Assembly: GCF_032051575.1 (NCBI RefSeq)
Contig: NZ_DAMBYD010000005.1
Location: 153,528 to 217,527, forward strand
DNA from: Aminipila sp.
GTDB lineage: Bacteria > Bacillota > Clostridia > Peptostreptococcales > Anaerovoracaceae
DNA: 64,000 nt
Direction: 5' to 3'
This document shows, one piece after another, positions 44,301-53,067 of this stretch. The position numbers and the translations under genes were made by a program. A model generated the notes under the pieces. It was given only the letters and a program-made list of their open reading frames with translations, did not search any database and was not told the origin of the DNA. Position 1 is the first letter of the stretch. Each line of letters starts with the position of its first letter.

Positions 44301-45598
44301 TATATAGAACCGTCCCTTATTTTCATGCATTTCATATCCTGCCCGCCAATGTCTAAAATAAATTCTACACCTGGCAAAAAAGATTCTGCTGCTTTGTAAT
44401 GTGCTATAGTCTCTATTTCCCCTAAGTCAACTTTAAAAGCTGCTCGAATAAGTCCTTCCCCATAACCTGTTGCTGTAGCATTGGAAATTGGCATATTTTC
44501 TGGTAAAAGACTATACAATTCTTTAAGCATTGCCATAGTTGCTTCTAAAGGTCTACCCTCATTATTTCTATAAAAAGAATATAAAAGATTATTTTCACTA
44601 TCTATTAATGCTGCTTTTGTTGTTGTTGAACCCGCATCAATCCCTAAAAATATGTTTCCCTTAGCTTTTTTTATATCTTTACGTTTGATTCGATCTCTGT
44701 CATGTCTTTGTATGAATTCATTATAATCATTTAAGTCTTTAAATAATGGGTTAGTCAGCTTTGTTTCGGATAACGCCGATGCATCAACTTTTATTAATGC
44801 ATGAAATATTTCATCAATATTCTTAACTTCATATTTCTCAGCAATCAGAGCAGCTCCAATAGCAACAAAATACTGTGAATCTTCTGGGAAAATCACATTT
44901 TCTGGTTTTAGCTGTAATGTTTCAATAAATCTAGTTCTAAGCTCTGATAAAAACGAAAGCGGCCCACCTAAGAAGGCTATATTTCCTTTAATAGTCCTGC
45001 CACAAGCCAGCCCACTAATAGTCTGATTAACTACTGCCTGAAAAATGGATGCAGAAAGATCTGCTACACTTGCACCTTCGTTAATTAAAGGCTGTATATC
45101 AGTTTTAGCAAAAACACCACATCTCGCAGCAATGGGATAAATTAAAGTATGATTCTTGGCAGCCTCATTAAGCCCACCTGCATCAGTATTTAATAATACT
45201 GCCATTTGGTCAATAAAGGAACCTGTACCACCTGCGCAGGTTCCGTTCATTCTCTGCTCAATAGTAGCACCGTAAAAAGTTATTTTGGCATCTTCGCCAC
45301 CCAGTTCAATAGCAACGTCAGTGTCAGGAATCATTGTTTCAACAGCTTTACTGCAAGCAACAACCTCTTGCTCAAAGGGAATATTTAAAAGTTGAGAAAG
45401 TGCTAATCCTCCCGAACCTGTAATAGTCATATGTACTTCTGTATCCCCATATTTATGGTGAAGTTCTCCTATTAAATTTGAAACCTTTTCAAAAATATTA
45501 GACATATGTCGTTCATATTTCTTAAACAAGATATTATTATTTTTATCCAAAAGGATAATTTTGACTGTAGTTGAGCCAACATCAATACCTAATTTCAT
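41351..45598 (-). CDS. Fused double BcrAD/BadFG-type activase ATPase plus 2-hydroxyacyl-CoA dehydratase-like (DUF2229-type) protein
   Basis: 1415 aa from ATG 45598, 10 nt after GGAGGG. Two acetate/sugar-kinase-fold modules begin GIDVGSTTVKI and GIDAGSTTTKAAL, each with an HgdC-like cluster Cys (RCGVFAKTD, RCTVFMNSK). The mid-protein Cys cluster is CNGCENQC. A large C-terminal dehydratase-like region follows. Confidence 0.85.
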   Translation of the reverse strand: MKLGIDVGSTTVKIILLDKNNNILFKKYERHMSNIFEKVSNLIGELHHKYGDTEVHMTITGSGGLALSQLLNIPFEQEVVACSKAVETMIPDTDVAIELGGEDAKITFYGATIEQRMNGTCAGGTGSFIDQMAVLLNTDAGGLNEAAKNHTLIYPIAARCGVFAKTDIQPLINEGASVADLSASIFQAVVNQTISGLACGRTIKGNIAFLGGPLSFLSELRTRFIETLQLKPENVIFPEDSQYFVAIGAALIAEKYEVKNIDEIFHALIKVDASALSETKLTNPLFKDLNDYNEFIQRHDRDRIKRKDIKKAKGNIFLGIDAGSTTTKAALIDSENNLLYSFYRNNEGRPLEATMAMLKELYSLLPENMPISNATATGYGEGLIRAAFKVDLGEIETIAHYKAAESFLPGVEFILDIGGQDMKCMKIRDGSIYNIMLNEACSSGCGSFIETYAKSVNMDVKAFAKEAIFAKAPVDLGTRCTVFMNSKVKQSQKEGATIGDISAGLSYSVIKNALYKVIKLRNTDEAGEKIVVQGGTFLNDAILRSIEKILGKEVVRPDISGIMGAYGAALIAKEHYVKGTESSIIKLEDMELFTVRNTHTRCNGCENQCLLTINKFNSGAKFITGNRCDKGAGKERSANELPNLYEYKYKRLFAYEPIADMYAKRGVVGIPRVLNMYENYPFWFTFFTSLGFRVVLSPPSSKTMYEHGMDTISSDTACYPAKMVHGHIKWLVEQGVKWIFYPSINYEINEDETAPNHYNCPIVATYPEVIGKNMDEIFEEHDVTFTHPFLPYDDDQSLIRELHNILKHLRVTYAEVVKAVKKGRKENKTFKDDIKKQGALAIRYAKKNSKKCIVLSGRPYHLDPEINHGIDKLISSFDMIVLTEDSIAHLAKLNRPLRVLDQWMYHSRLYKAALVASKDDDIELVQLNSFGCGLDAVTTDQVEEIMKNSNNMYTVLKIDEGSNLGAAKIRIRSLKAAIEEREKSNIRHIDCESKFVRKVFTKEMRKDYTILIPQMSPIHFHFIAPALEKCGYNVRLLPSVDKNAVDEGLRYINNDACYPTIVTLGQIISELKSGKYDLNKTAVFMSQTGGGCRASNYVALLRKALIDLKMEQVPVISFNMVGLEKNSGFKLTMPMIKRILLGAIYGDTLMRMLYSTRPYEEVPGSADNLYEKWSHVIYKNIRNGSIMSFKHIIKQIVYDFDNLPLQDIKKPKVGVVGEILVKYHPTANNDIVRIIENEGGEAVVLDLIDFFLYGMHSKEFNFKHLAGKYSTMVANQLAIKLIEKLREPARCALNQSKRFRGPNYIEETAQKAQQLISLGNQCGEGWLLTGEMMELIDSGVNNIICLQPFGCLPNHVTGKGMMKALRKYNNHANIVAVDYDPGASEVNQLNRIKLMMATAYKNMEKSDCNSGEKVV

Positions 45599-45705
45599 AT
45601 AAATAATGCCCTCCACGTTGTTTGGTTTTACCCTATATTAAAGATGTATTATATCACAAATATAGCAGAATAAAAACCAACAAATTTTATCAAATATATA
45701 CTCTA

Positions 45706-46284
45706 TCATTGATAAATCACTTCATATTTTATATTCATTGACTCCCTGTCATTTGAGTCCATTTCTACTAAATCAAAAATCAATGTGTCTTTAACTAGGT
45801 GCTTCCATACAGTATACGTTGCTTTTATAAACTTTTTGTTTAGTTCTATCTTTTCAGAAATCAATGGACAAGAATAGGGTAATTCTGAAGTAGACAATAT
45901 TAATTGTAATTTTCCTTCCTCAGAAAAGTGAGGGGCTAATGGGAAAAATCTACATTGTAGTGGTCTAGCTTCTCTAGGGCAGACAGGTGGTGTCTTACAT
46001 CTGACAAAATATACCTTTCCAAACCATGAATCTGGAAAATCGTAGTCTTCTGCATATTCGACACTCCATTTTAGCCAATCCTCTTTCATTGTAAACAGCT
46101 TTTCTTCACCTGGAAGCAGATAAATACCCAAATCATAGTCAAGGCCATCTTGGTCCATACTATCTCCACCACAAGTGCAGCAGGCAGCATTACAAAGTTT
46201 TCCACAGTCCCCTTGTATTGGTGATACCATATCAAGTAATCGATATATTGCCCTATAAGTTTTTTTCTTAATAATACTTTTCAT
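45706..46284 (-). CDS. Cysteine-cluster protein, YkgJ/UPF0153-like (putative Fe-S or Zn binding)
   Basis: 192 aa with GDCGKLCNAACCTCGG and later CKTPPVCPREARPLQCRFFP. This resembles the CxxCxxCC...RPxxCRxFP pattern of the family. Confidence 0.5.
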   Translation of the reverse strand: MKSIIKKKTYRAIYRLLDMVSPIQGDCGKLCNAACCTCGGDSMDQDGLDYDLGIYLLPGEEKLFTMKEDWLKWSVEYAEDYDFPDSWFGKVYFVRCKTPPVCPREARPLQCRFFPLAPHFSEEGKLQLILSTSELPYSCPLISEKIELNKKFIKATYTVWKHLVKDTLIFDLVEMDSNDRESMNIKYEVIYQ

Positions 46285-46292
46285 ATTCTCCC

Positions 46293-47639
46293 TTATCCTA
46301 ATGGTTCTATTTCATTTTTATAAAGTCTCTTTACAAATATTACTGAATATATAATCCCTAAAATTTCTGCCAAAGGCCAAGCCCACCATACCAGTGAAAG
46401 CCCTCCTATTTTTATTAATACCCACACCAGCGGAACTATACCAATTAATTGTCTGATTAAGGCCTGCCACATACTTAATATTCCGTGTCCTGTAGCCTGA
46501 AATATTGTTGATGTTAAAATTCCAAAAGCAGCTGGAATAAAACATAAACAAATAATACGAAGTGCTGGTACACCTATTTCCAGCATATAATCAGATGCGC
46601 TGAATAACTTTAAAAGCTGTACTGGGAAGGCTAAAAATATAATTGTTCCTATTGACATAATAGCCATTGCAATCATGATTCCAACTTTATATGCTTTCAT
46701 TAGCCTTTCTTTATTTCGTGCCCCAAAATTATATCCCATAATAGGCATAGCTCCCTGATTTAATCCAAACACAGGCATAAATATAAAGGATTGCAATCTA
46801 AAGTAACTTCCAAGTACAGCAACTGCAGTTTGGGAAAATGACAGGATCCCATTTATGCAGAAAAGCATTACAGAGCCAATTGACTGCATTAGCATTGCTG
46901 GAAATGCTACATTGTATATATCTTTAACGGTTTCCCAGTTAAACTTAAACCCTTTAATCTTAACTGTAACCTGATGTTTATGCTTAAATAGTAAAGTTAA
47001 ACCAAAGCACATAGATACGAATTGACCAAATATAGTTGCAACAGCCGCACCTACAACACCCATCTCAGGGAAAATGCCAATACCAAATATCAGTAAAGGG
47101 TCAAACACTATATTTATTATGGCACCCGACAAGCTGCAAAGCATAGGCATAAGCATATTGCCTGTCGCCTGTAAAACTTTTTCTGTGTTTACCTGTATAA
47201 ACACAAATAATGAAAAAAATGTAATTATCATAAGATACAAAGCACCATTTTCTACTATGTATGGTGAGTTTGAATATGCTGCCATATATGTATGTGAAAA
47301 TAACATTCCAAATACCGCAAACACAATCCAGTTTATAAATGCAATTCTAAAACCATGGCTGGCAGCTAAATCTGCTTCTTCAAGTCTTTTTGCACCTAAC
47401 CTTCTTGCTATAAGAGAATTAACTCCCACGCCAGTTCCAATTGCCACTGATATAAGTAACATCTGTATAGGGAATATAAGAGTAACCGCTGTAAGCGCAG
47501 ATTCACTTATCATAGCTACAAATATACTATCCACTACATTATATAAAGCCTGTATCAGCATTGAAAGCATCGCAGGCCAGGACATAGTCAACATAAGCCT
47601 TCCAATTGGCATGGTTCCCATTTTATTTTCTTCTGTCAT
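46293..47639 (-). CDS. MATE family efflux transporter
   Basis: 448 aa with 12 TM helices. The N-terminus PIGRLMLTMSWPAMLSMLIQALYNVVDSIFV is typical of MATE (NorM/DinF) proteins. Confidence 0.9.
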   Translation of the reverse strand: MTEENKMGTMPIGRLMLTMSWPAMLSMLIQALYNVVDSIFVAMISESALTAVTLIFPIQMLLISVAIGTGVGVNSLIARRLGAKRLEEADLAASHGFRIAFINWIVFAVFGMLFSHTYMAAYSNSPYIVENGALYLMIITFFSLFVFIQVNTEKVLQATGNMLMPMLCSLSGAIINIVFDPLLIFGIGIFPEMGVVGAAVATIFGQFVSMCFGLTLLFKHKHQVTVKIKGFKFNWETVKDIYNVAFPAMLMQSIGSVMLFCINGILSFSQTAVAVLGSYFRLQSFIFMPVFGLNQGAMPIMGYNFGARNKERLMKAYKVGIMIAMAIMSIGTIIFLAFPVQLLKLFSASDYMLEIGVPALRIICLCFIPAAFGILTSTIFQATGHGILSMWQALIRQLIGIVPLVWVLIKIGGLSLVWWAWPLAEILGIIYSVIFVKRLYKNEIEPLG

Positions 47640-47803
47640 AAAGCCACTCCTTGTTTTTCTTTAGCCACACTTTTTTAGTGCAATATTTATAGGGAACGAT
47701 AAATCGTTCCCTATTAGTTAAACATATTAATTAATGTTCCGGGTTAATAATGTTTTGGCAAAACTTTTACTTTATAGTAAACAATTTGCGTTAACCTTTA
47801 GAT

Positions 47804-47831
47804 ATTATACCATCAATTGCTGTTCTGTCAA
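47804..47831 (-). promoter_or_regulatory. Sigma-A promoter (extended -10) for the MATE gene
   Basis: On the minus strand TTGACA-16 nt-TATAAT with TGG immediately upstream of the -10. The predicted leader is about 160 nt. Confidence 0.45.
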
Positions 47832-47847
47832 CTTTTTTCTAAGTAAG

Positions 47848-49050
47848 TCATTGTACTTTATCAACTGTAAACATTATTATCAATGCACCTAAAGCCGTAA
47901 CAACTGTTGCAGTCATATTTAAAAGAGCTGCTCCACTTATATCTAGTATAAAGCCTCCTAGCATGCTGGAAATGACTGTTGTTGCAGTAATGGTCATAGT
48001 GAACAGAGCCTGACCCTTTACAGCCTCTCCACGATTCATAATCTCATCTATAAAATGAACCATTGCAGGAAGGAATAGAGCAAATGAAAATAATTGAAGA
48101 AATTGTGCTGCAAATATCATAGCCACTGATTGTGCCAAATAGCACATTCCAATTTTAAGAGCAAAGCATATAGAAGCCACTTTCAGCATGAACTGACAGG
48201 TAAACTTTTTTCGGAACCATTCAAAACAGAACATAGTAGGTATTTCTAAAAATGCCATTACTGCAAAAATTCTTCCCATATCTTCACTATTACCGCCTAC
48301 ACTAGTAACAATTTGCATCATAAAACTGTTCAGCACGGAATTACTGAAAAATACTCCTAAAACCCCCACATTTAAAATCATGAATATTTTATTTCTCTTT
48401 ACAAATTCAATAAGATTTATTTCTACATCACTTTGTAAATCTTTATAATTTAGTGTATGCTCTACTAATGTTATATTTGATTTTTGGGCACTCTTAAAAT
48501 GCATTTTAGTCAATGCAAGACTTAAAAGTAATAAAATCAGCACCACTTCTCCTGTAAGGGGTAAAGCCTTAACACCATATTCTTCAACTAAAGTGCCTAG
48601 TACGGCACATAAAAATGAATATCCAAGGGATCCCATGCTTCTTGCTATTCCAAAATTGATATGTATACCGCATTCTTGGAGTTTAAAGTTCAGTGAATTA
48701 AATAATGGTTGCAAAACCGTCAGCCATGCTACGCACAATATAAATATGACAGAAAGAGCTAAAGATTTTCGTTCTAAAACAAACAACCCAAAGGTCATCA
48801 TCATTAAAAATAAAGTCATAAGCTGACTGATTCCAATTAATGATATTTTCTTTGACCTGTCTGCCAAATCTGCTGTTACAGGCTGCAGGAAAACGGCTAA
48901 AACATTTCCAACAGCCAGTATAATTCCAATCTCAGAATTTGAATAATTTTTTTCTAAAAGAAACACCGAGGCAAAGCTGCATATTACACCATAATACATC
49001 CAATACGTTCCGTGTATCGACGCATATTCAATATTTAATAGTTTCTTCAT
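47848..49050 (-). CDS. MFS transporter
   Basis: 400 aa with 12 predicted TM helices in a 6+6 arrangement around a central loop. The DLADRSKK motif lies after TM2. Confidence 0.8.
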   Translation of the reverse strand: MKKLLNIEYASIHGTYWMYYGVICSFASVFLLEKNYSNSEIGIILAVGNVLAVFLQPVTADLADRSKKISLIGISQLMTLFLMMMTFGLFVLERKSLALSVIFILCVAWLTVLQPLFNSLNFKLQECGIHINFGIARSMGSLGYSFLCAVLGTLVEEYGVKALPLTGEVVLILLLLSLALTKMHFKSAQKSNITLVEHTLNYKDLQSDVEINLIEFVKRNKIFMILNVGVLGVFFSNSVLNSFMMQIVTSVGGNSEDMGRIFAVMAFLEIPTMFCFEWFRKKFTCQFMLKVASICFALKIGMCYLAQSVAMIFAAQFLQLFSFALFLPAMVHFIDEIMNRGEAVKGQALFTMTITATTVISSMLGGFILDISGAALLNMTATVVTALGALIIMFTVDKVQ

Positions 49051-49206
49051 TCGTTTAATTCCTCTCTGATATTACAAAATCACTCAACTGGCTGCCCTCA
49101 AACAAATCAATAATTTCATAGTTATCATCAACAAAACCCTTTAGACAATTTTTAACCAGTAATCAAGTTTTGTTCAACAAACACAGCTGATTATACCTAT
49201 ACAATA

Positions 49207-50793
49207 CTATCTAAAATCTTCTTTACTTGCTGTCATTGGTGCCAGGCTATCATTCATTTTAGACACCTTATCTTCATTAGTAAGTATGATTAAATAGTCG
49301 CCTGGAAAGATAACTGTATCGCCATTTGGAAGTATCTCCTGCTCCCCTCGCTTAACGGCGACCAATAGGCAATATGAAGGCCATTTTACTTCTTTTATTT
49401 TCTTACCATCAAGTTCTGATCCCATGCAAACTGCATATTCCAATATAGCCTTATTTCTCTGATTACCCATAGATTTTTTTTCTCCCTGATTGTGTAGCAG
49501 GTTTTCAAGTAATGATTCATATATAGGCTTTGAACCCAATAAATCTGCAACCAAATACGCAACGATAGATACTATAGCTAAAGAAAGCAAATGGCTAAAA
49601 GACCCAGTCATTTCAGTAATCAGAATAGTTCCTGTTATAGGGGCCCTGACTACAGCTGTAAAATATCCTGCCATTGCAAGAATTATAAAATTGTTTACAT
49701 ATATACTATCAAAGTTCACAAAATGTACTAATGTTAGGCCATAGATATTCCCTATCAAAGCACCAATAGCAAGTAACGGAAGGAAAATCCCTCCAGGTGC
49801 TCCTGAGCCATAACAAAACATAGTAAATATAAACTTCACAACAATTAAAATAAATAAAAATGTTAAAGCAAAATGTTCTGAAATTAAAGAAGTAATAAGA
49901 TTATGACCACCGCCTAAAACTTGCGGCAACCAAAATCCAAGAAAAACTGAAAGAAGTAAAGGAACTATTATTCTCATTTCTTTTGGCAGCCAGGCTTGAG
50001 CTGCGTATAGCTTCTGAGTTTTTAGAAGCATCTTATTAAATACCACCCCTAAAAGACCTAATAAAACACCTAAAATAATTATATAAAAATATAATCTTAG
50101 CGGTAATATTTCCAGATTTTTAAGTGTAAAGACTGGTTTTAAGCCAAAGAAGCCACTAGCTACAAAATCAGCAGATAAAGCCGCTGATAAAGCTGAAATC
50201 ATAACTAAAGGTGAAAAATTCTTATGTACCTCCTCCAATGCAAACATGACACCTGCTAAAGGTGCACCAAAGGCCGCTGACAATCCAGCGCTAGCTCCAC
50301 TTGTTATAAGGTATTTTTCTTCAACTTTTACTCGTTTAAAAACTCCACTAAATCCTTGACCAACAGCTGCACCTAATTGAACTGACGGGCCTTCTCTCCC
50401 CAAGGAAAGCCCTAAACCTATTGAAAGAACCCCTCCAACAAACTTACCAATTATAACTTTCCACCATGTCATATTAAGCTTTCTAAGCAGAACTCCTTCT
50501 ACCTGGGGTATTCCACTTCCGCTGATCATGGGCTCATATTTAACCGCTAAACCTACAATATATCCAATAATTATCAAAGCTACAATCCAAGGTAAAATAA
50601 GTATAGGTTTTACTGTTAAAGTTTCATAAACTTCAGTTAAAAATTCACCTGATAACTCAAGTGCATATCGGTATAATACAATTAATAGGCCTGTAATAAT
50701 ACCTACGCCCATTCCTTCCCATACAAGCTTTAATCTAAAGCTATTCCAATGAAATAACGTATTCTCAGTATTATGTTTGTTCTTTACTGCCAT
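49207..50793 (-). CDS. ClC-family chloride channel/antiporter with a C-terminal TrkA-C (RCK_C) domain
   Basis: 528 aa with ClC selectivity motifs GSGIPQ, GREGPSVQ and GAPGGIFLP. The C-terminus LEYAVCMGSELDGKKIKEVKWP...GDYLIILT is RCK_C-like. Confidence 0.9.
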   Translation of the reverse strand: MAVKNKHNTENTLFHWNSFRLKLVWEGMGVGIITGLLIVLYRYALELSGEFLTEVYETLTVKPILILPWIVALIIIGYIVGLAVKYEPMISGSGIPQVEGVLLRKLNMTWWKVIIGKFVGGVLSIGLGLSLGREGPSVQLGAAVGQGFSGVFKRVKVEEKYLITSGASAGLSAAFGAPLAGVMFALEEVHKNFSPLVMISALSAALSADFVASGFFGLKPVFTLKNLEILPLRLYFYIIILGVLLGLLGVVFNKMLLKTQKLYAAQAWLPKEMRIIVPLLLSVFLGFWLPQVLGGGHNLITSLISEHFALTFLFILIVVKFIFTMFCYGSGAPGGIFLPLLAIGALIGNIYGLTLVHFVNFDSIYVNNFIILAMAGYFTAVVRAPITGTILITEMTGSFSHLLSLAIVSIVAYLVADLLGSKPIYESLLENLLHNQGEKKSMGNQRNKAILEYAVCMGSELDGKKIKEVKWPSYCLLVAVKRGEQEILPNGDTVIFPGDYLIILTNEDKVSKMNDSLAPMTASKEDFR

Positions 50794-51102
50794 TTTATTT
50801 CCCCGTTACTAGATAAATAATTACTTTTATTTCATATTTAATTTATTAAAAAATATAATTTTACGTCTTGTTATATAATAACATAAATCAGAAAGGCTAA
50901 AACAAGAAATTCATATTTATTTGCAATAATTTACAAATAATGACTTCTTACTATTTGTAAATCTAAACCAAAATAAACATTTTATAACACAAAAACCTCC
51001 ATATCGTGTACAAGTTCCACCCAATTTAGTGTGAAAAGCCTTGTCCATTATATAGAGGTTAGATGTTAAAAATGTTAGAATTTCAATTGTTTTAAATCAT
51101 AT

Positions 51103-51450
51103 GTTTTGGGCAAGTCTATAAGCCGGGTTCTGTATTAAACAATCATCTATCTAGGCGTACCATTACTGATACGCTCAAGCGACCTACCTACCGGGCAGCG
51201 ACGGGCCGCCGCCTTTTGTGCCCTATTTGGTCTTGCTCCGAGTGGGGTTTACACGGCCGTTATGTCTCCATAACGCCGGTGAGCTCTTACCTCACCATTT
51301 CAACCTTACCACAGCCTAACTGTTTCGGCGGAATGTTTCTGTTGCACTTTCCCTATAGTTACCTACGCCAGACGTTATCTGGCACTCTTGCCCTATGGAG
51401 CCCGGACTTTCCTCGTGCATAAGCACGCGACTGTCTGGCTTACCCAAAAC
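51103..51450 (-). ncRNA. rnpB: RNase P RNA (bacterial, type A-like)
   Basis: The reverse complement contains GAGGAAAGTCCGGGCTCCATAGGGCA and ACAGAACCCGGCTTA. P1 closes GTTTTGGG with CCCAAAAC. The segment is a strong GC island in AT-rich DNA. Confidence 0.9.
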
Positions 51451-51474
51451 ATGCTCTAGTATTATATCATATGA

Positions 51475-52266
51475 CTATAAAAAGTCAAATGGATTTATAT
51501 TGACTTCAGATTCAAAGATTTCAACCTTATCTCCCAATACATCTTTCAACAGTTTAGCCATATTAGGTACAAATATCTTCTCTGTTCCATAATGTCCTGC
51601 ATCTATAACATTCATACCCATTTCTTTTGCCTTAATGGCATCATGATATTTAACATCACCTGTTATAAAAAGCTGGCATCTATTTACTGCTGCTATGTCA
51701 ATCATATCAATGCCGGCACCTGTGCAAAGTCCGATTTTACTAATCACATTTTCTAAATTTCCTATTACTTTAATTTCATTGGTCTGCAAATTTAAAATAT
51801 TTTTTAAATCACTAATGAGGTCTTTTAGCTTCATCTCTTTTGGTAATTCACCAAGTACTCCAATATAATTATCACCAAACTCTTGAAAATGCTTGATTTT
51901 TTTTAAATTTAGAAGCTGTGCTAAATAAAAATTATTTCCAAATTGTACTTTATCAAAGTTTGTATGTGCAGAAAAAACTGAAATTCCTTGTTGGATTAAG
52001 TCTATGGTGTACTTGCCTGTAATTTTATTATGGTCAACATTCTTAAAGGAAGAAAAATACAATGGATGATGTGTAACAATAAAATCAACACCTAAAATTT
52101 TTGCTTCATTTACAATTTCTTTTGTAATTTCAAGGGTTACAAGAATTTTATTAATTTGTTTAGATTCTAAATTTATCTGCATTCCACAATTATCCCAAGT
52201 CTCTGCCAACTGTATTGGTGCAATCTTTTCCATTGTTTCCATAAGTTCAAATTTGAAAATTCCCAT
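51475..52266 (-). CDS. Nif3-like dinuclear metal centre protein (YqfO family)
   Basis: PIQLAETWDNCGMQI and FIVTHHPL motifs. I set the start at ATG 52264-52266, one nt after the trmK stop codon. Confidence 0.85.
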   Translation of the reverse strand: MGIFKFELMETMEKIAPIQLAETWDNCGMQINLESKQINKILVTLEITKEIVNEAKILGVDFIVTHHPLYFSSFKNVDHNKITGKYTIDLIQQGISVFSAHTNFDKVQFGNNFYLAQLLNLKKIKHFQEFGDNYIGVLGELPKEMKLKDLISDLKNILNLQTNEIKVIGNLENVISKIGLCTGAGIDMIDIAAVNRCQLFITGDVKYHDAIKAKEMGMNVIDAGHYGTEKIFVPNMAKLLKDVLGDKVEIFESEVNINPFDFL

Positions 52267-52267
52267 A

Positions 52268-53035
52268 TTAGTCACCTCTTTTCTCATATTTGTTCAATAA
52301 ACTCTGAAGATATTTGATACGAGTTTCCGATAGGCAAACTTTTTCGTAGTCCATCAAGGTTGCTTTTTTTATATTTTCAAAGACATTCAATTCAACCTCT
52401 AACTTTTTTTCTATAAATTCAAGGGCTAAAGCTCCATTACTTATAAGTATTGATTCTGGAACCTCACATTCTATGTCTTCTGATTGTTTTTTTAGCTCTT
52501 TTTCTTCATCTTTTGGCAATTCTATAAGATTAGGATCATTATTTATTGGTTCAGCACCTATAATCTCGCAAATAAACTTGCCTTCTCTTACTATTTTTTC
52601 TTCTTTTATGTTAAATCCATTGTTTAACAACCACCATCTAAGCTTACCCTGACCGTTTCTTGGCTGCAAAATTATTTTGTTTAAACTCTTAGTTTTCACC
52701 AAATCTTGACCTAATATTTCGGTCATTAAGACGCCGCCCATACCAGCTATAACTACAACATCTACTTCACCATTTTCTAGAATCTGAATACCATTTCCTA
52801 ACCTAAAGTCAAAATATTTTTTTACAATTTCTTCGTTATAATTCTGCATCTGAACATTATCAATTGCTTTTTGAAGTGAGCCGTTGCTTATATCCGCCAA
52901 TATTACCTTTGGACTTTTTTTGCTTTCCCATAAAAAAATAGGCAAAAAACCGTGGTCAGTACCAACATCAGCCACGGTTTGTCCATTTTTTATAAGGTCA
53001 GCAATCATTTGTAATCTGTCTGATAGTTTAATCAT
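52268..53035 (-). CDS. trmK: tRNA (adenine22-N1)-methyltransferase TrmK (YqfN)
   Basis: MIKLSDRLQMIADLI...VADVGTDHGFLPIFL is the canonical TrmK N-terminus. The rpoD-trmK-nif3 order matches Bacillus. Confidence 0.85.
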   Translation of the reverse strand: MIKLSDRLQMIADLIKNGQTVADVGTDHGFLPIFLWESKKSPKVILADISNGSLQKAIDNVQMQNYNEEIVKKYFDFRLGNGIQILENGEVDVVVIAGMGGVLMTEILGQDLVKTKSLNKIILQPRNGQGKLRWWLLNNGFNIKEEKIVREGKFICEIIGAEPINNDPNLIELPKDEEKELKKQSEDIECEVPESILISNGALALEFIEKKLEVELNVFENIKKATLMDYEKVCLSETRIKYLQSLLNKYEKRGD

Positions 53036-53067
53036 CCTATTACCTCTAATCTGCCTTCTTTACTAAT

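Noticed and set aside
47074-47664. Long antisense ORF (196 aa, +) opposite the MATE gene. Similar shadow ORFs include 9625-9975, 24507-24893, 35785-36159, 41112-41465, 57180-57554 and 60233-60571
   Set aside because: All are fully embedded antisense to strongly supported genes. They lack SD sequences and have low-complexity Ser/Ile/Phe/Pro-rich translations typical of frame shadows of membrane or AT-rich genes.
50794-51100. Fluoride (crcB-motif) riboswitch upstream of the ClC gene, and an 11-bp inverted repeat ATTTACAAATA/TATTTGTAAAT at 50929-50962
   Set aside because: The minus-strand leader has no GGnGAUGG...CUGAUGAUGCCUAC-like core. The ClC has canonical chloride-type GSGIPQ/GREGP motifs and an RCK_C domain, not ClC-F features. 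The inverted repeat consists almost entirely of A and T, so it is plausibly chance in a stretch this AT-rich.
51216-51592. Track ORFs 51216-51422 (+) and 51395-51592 (+)
   Set aside because: They lie on the antisense strand of the RNase P RNA gene and of the nif3 3' end. The high GC content of rnpB creates open frames. They have no SD and no protein-like composition.
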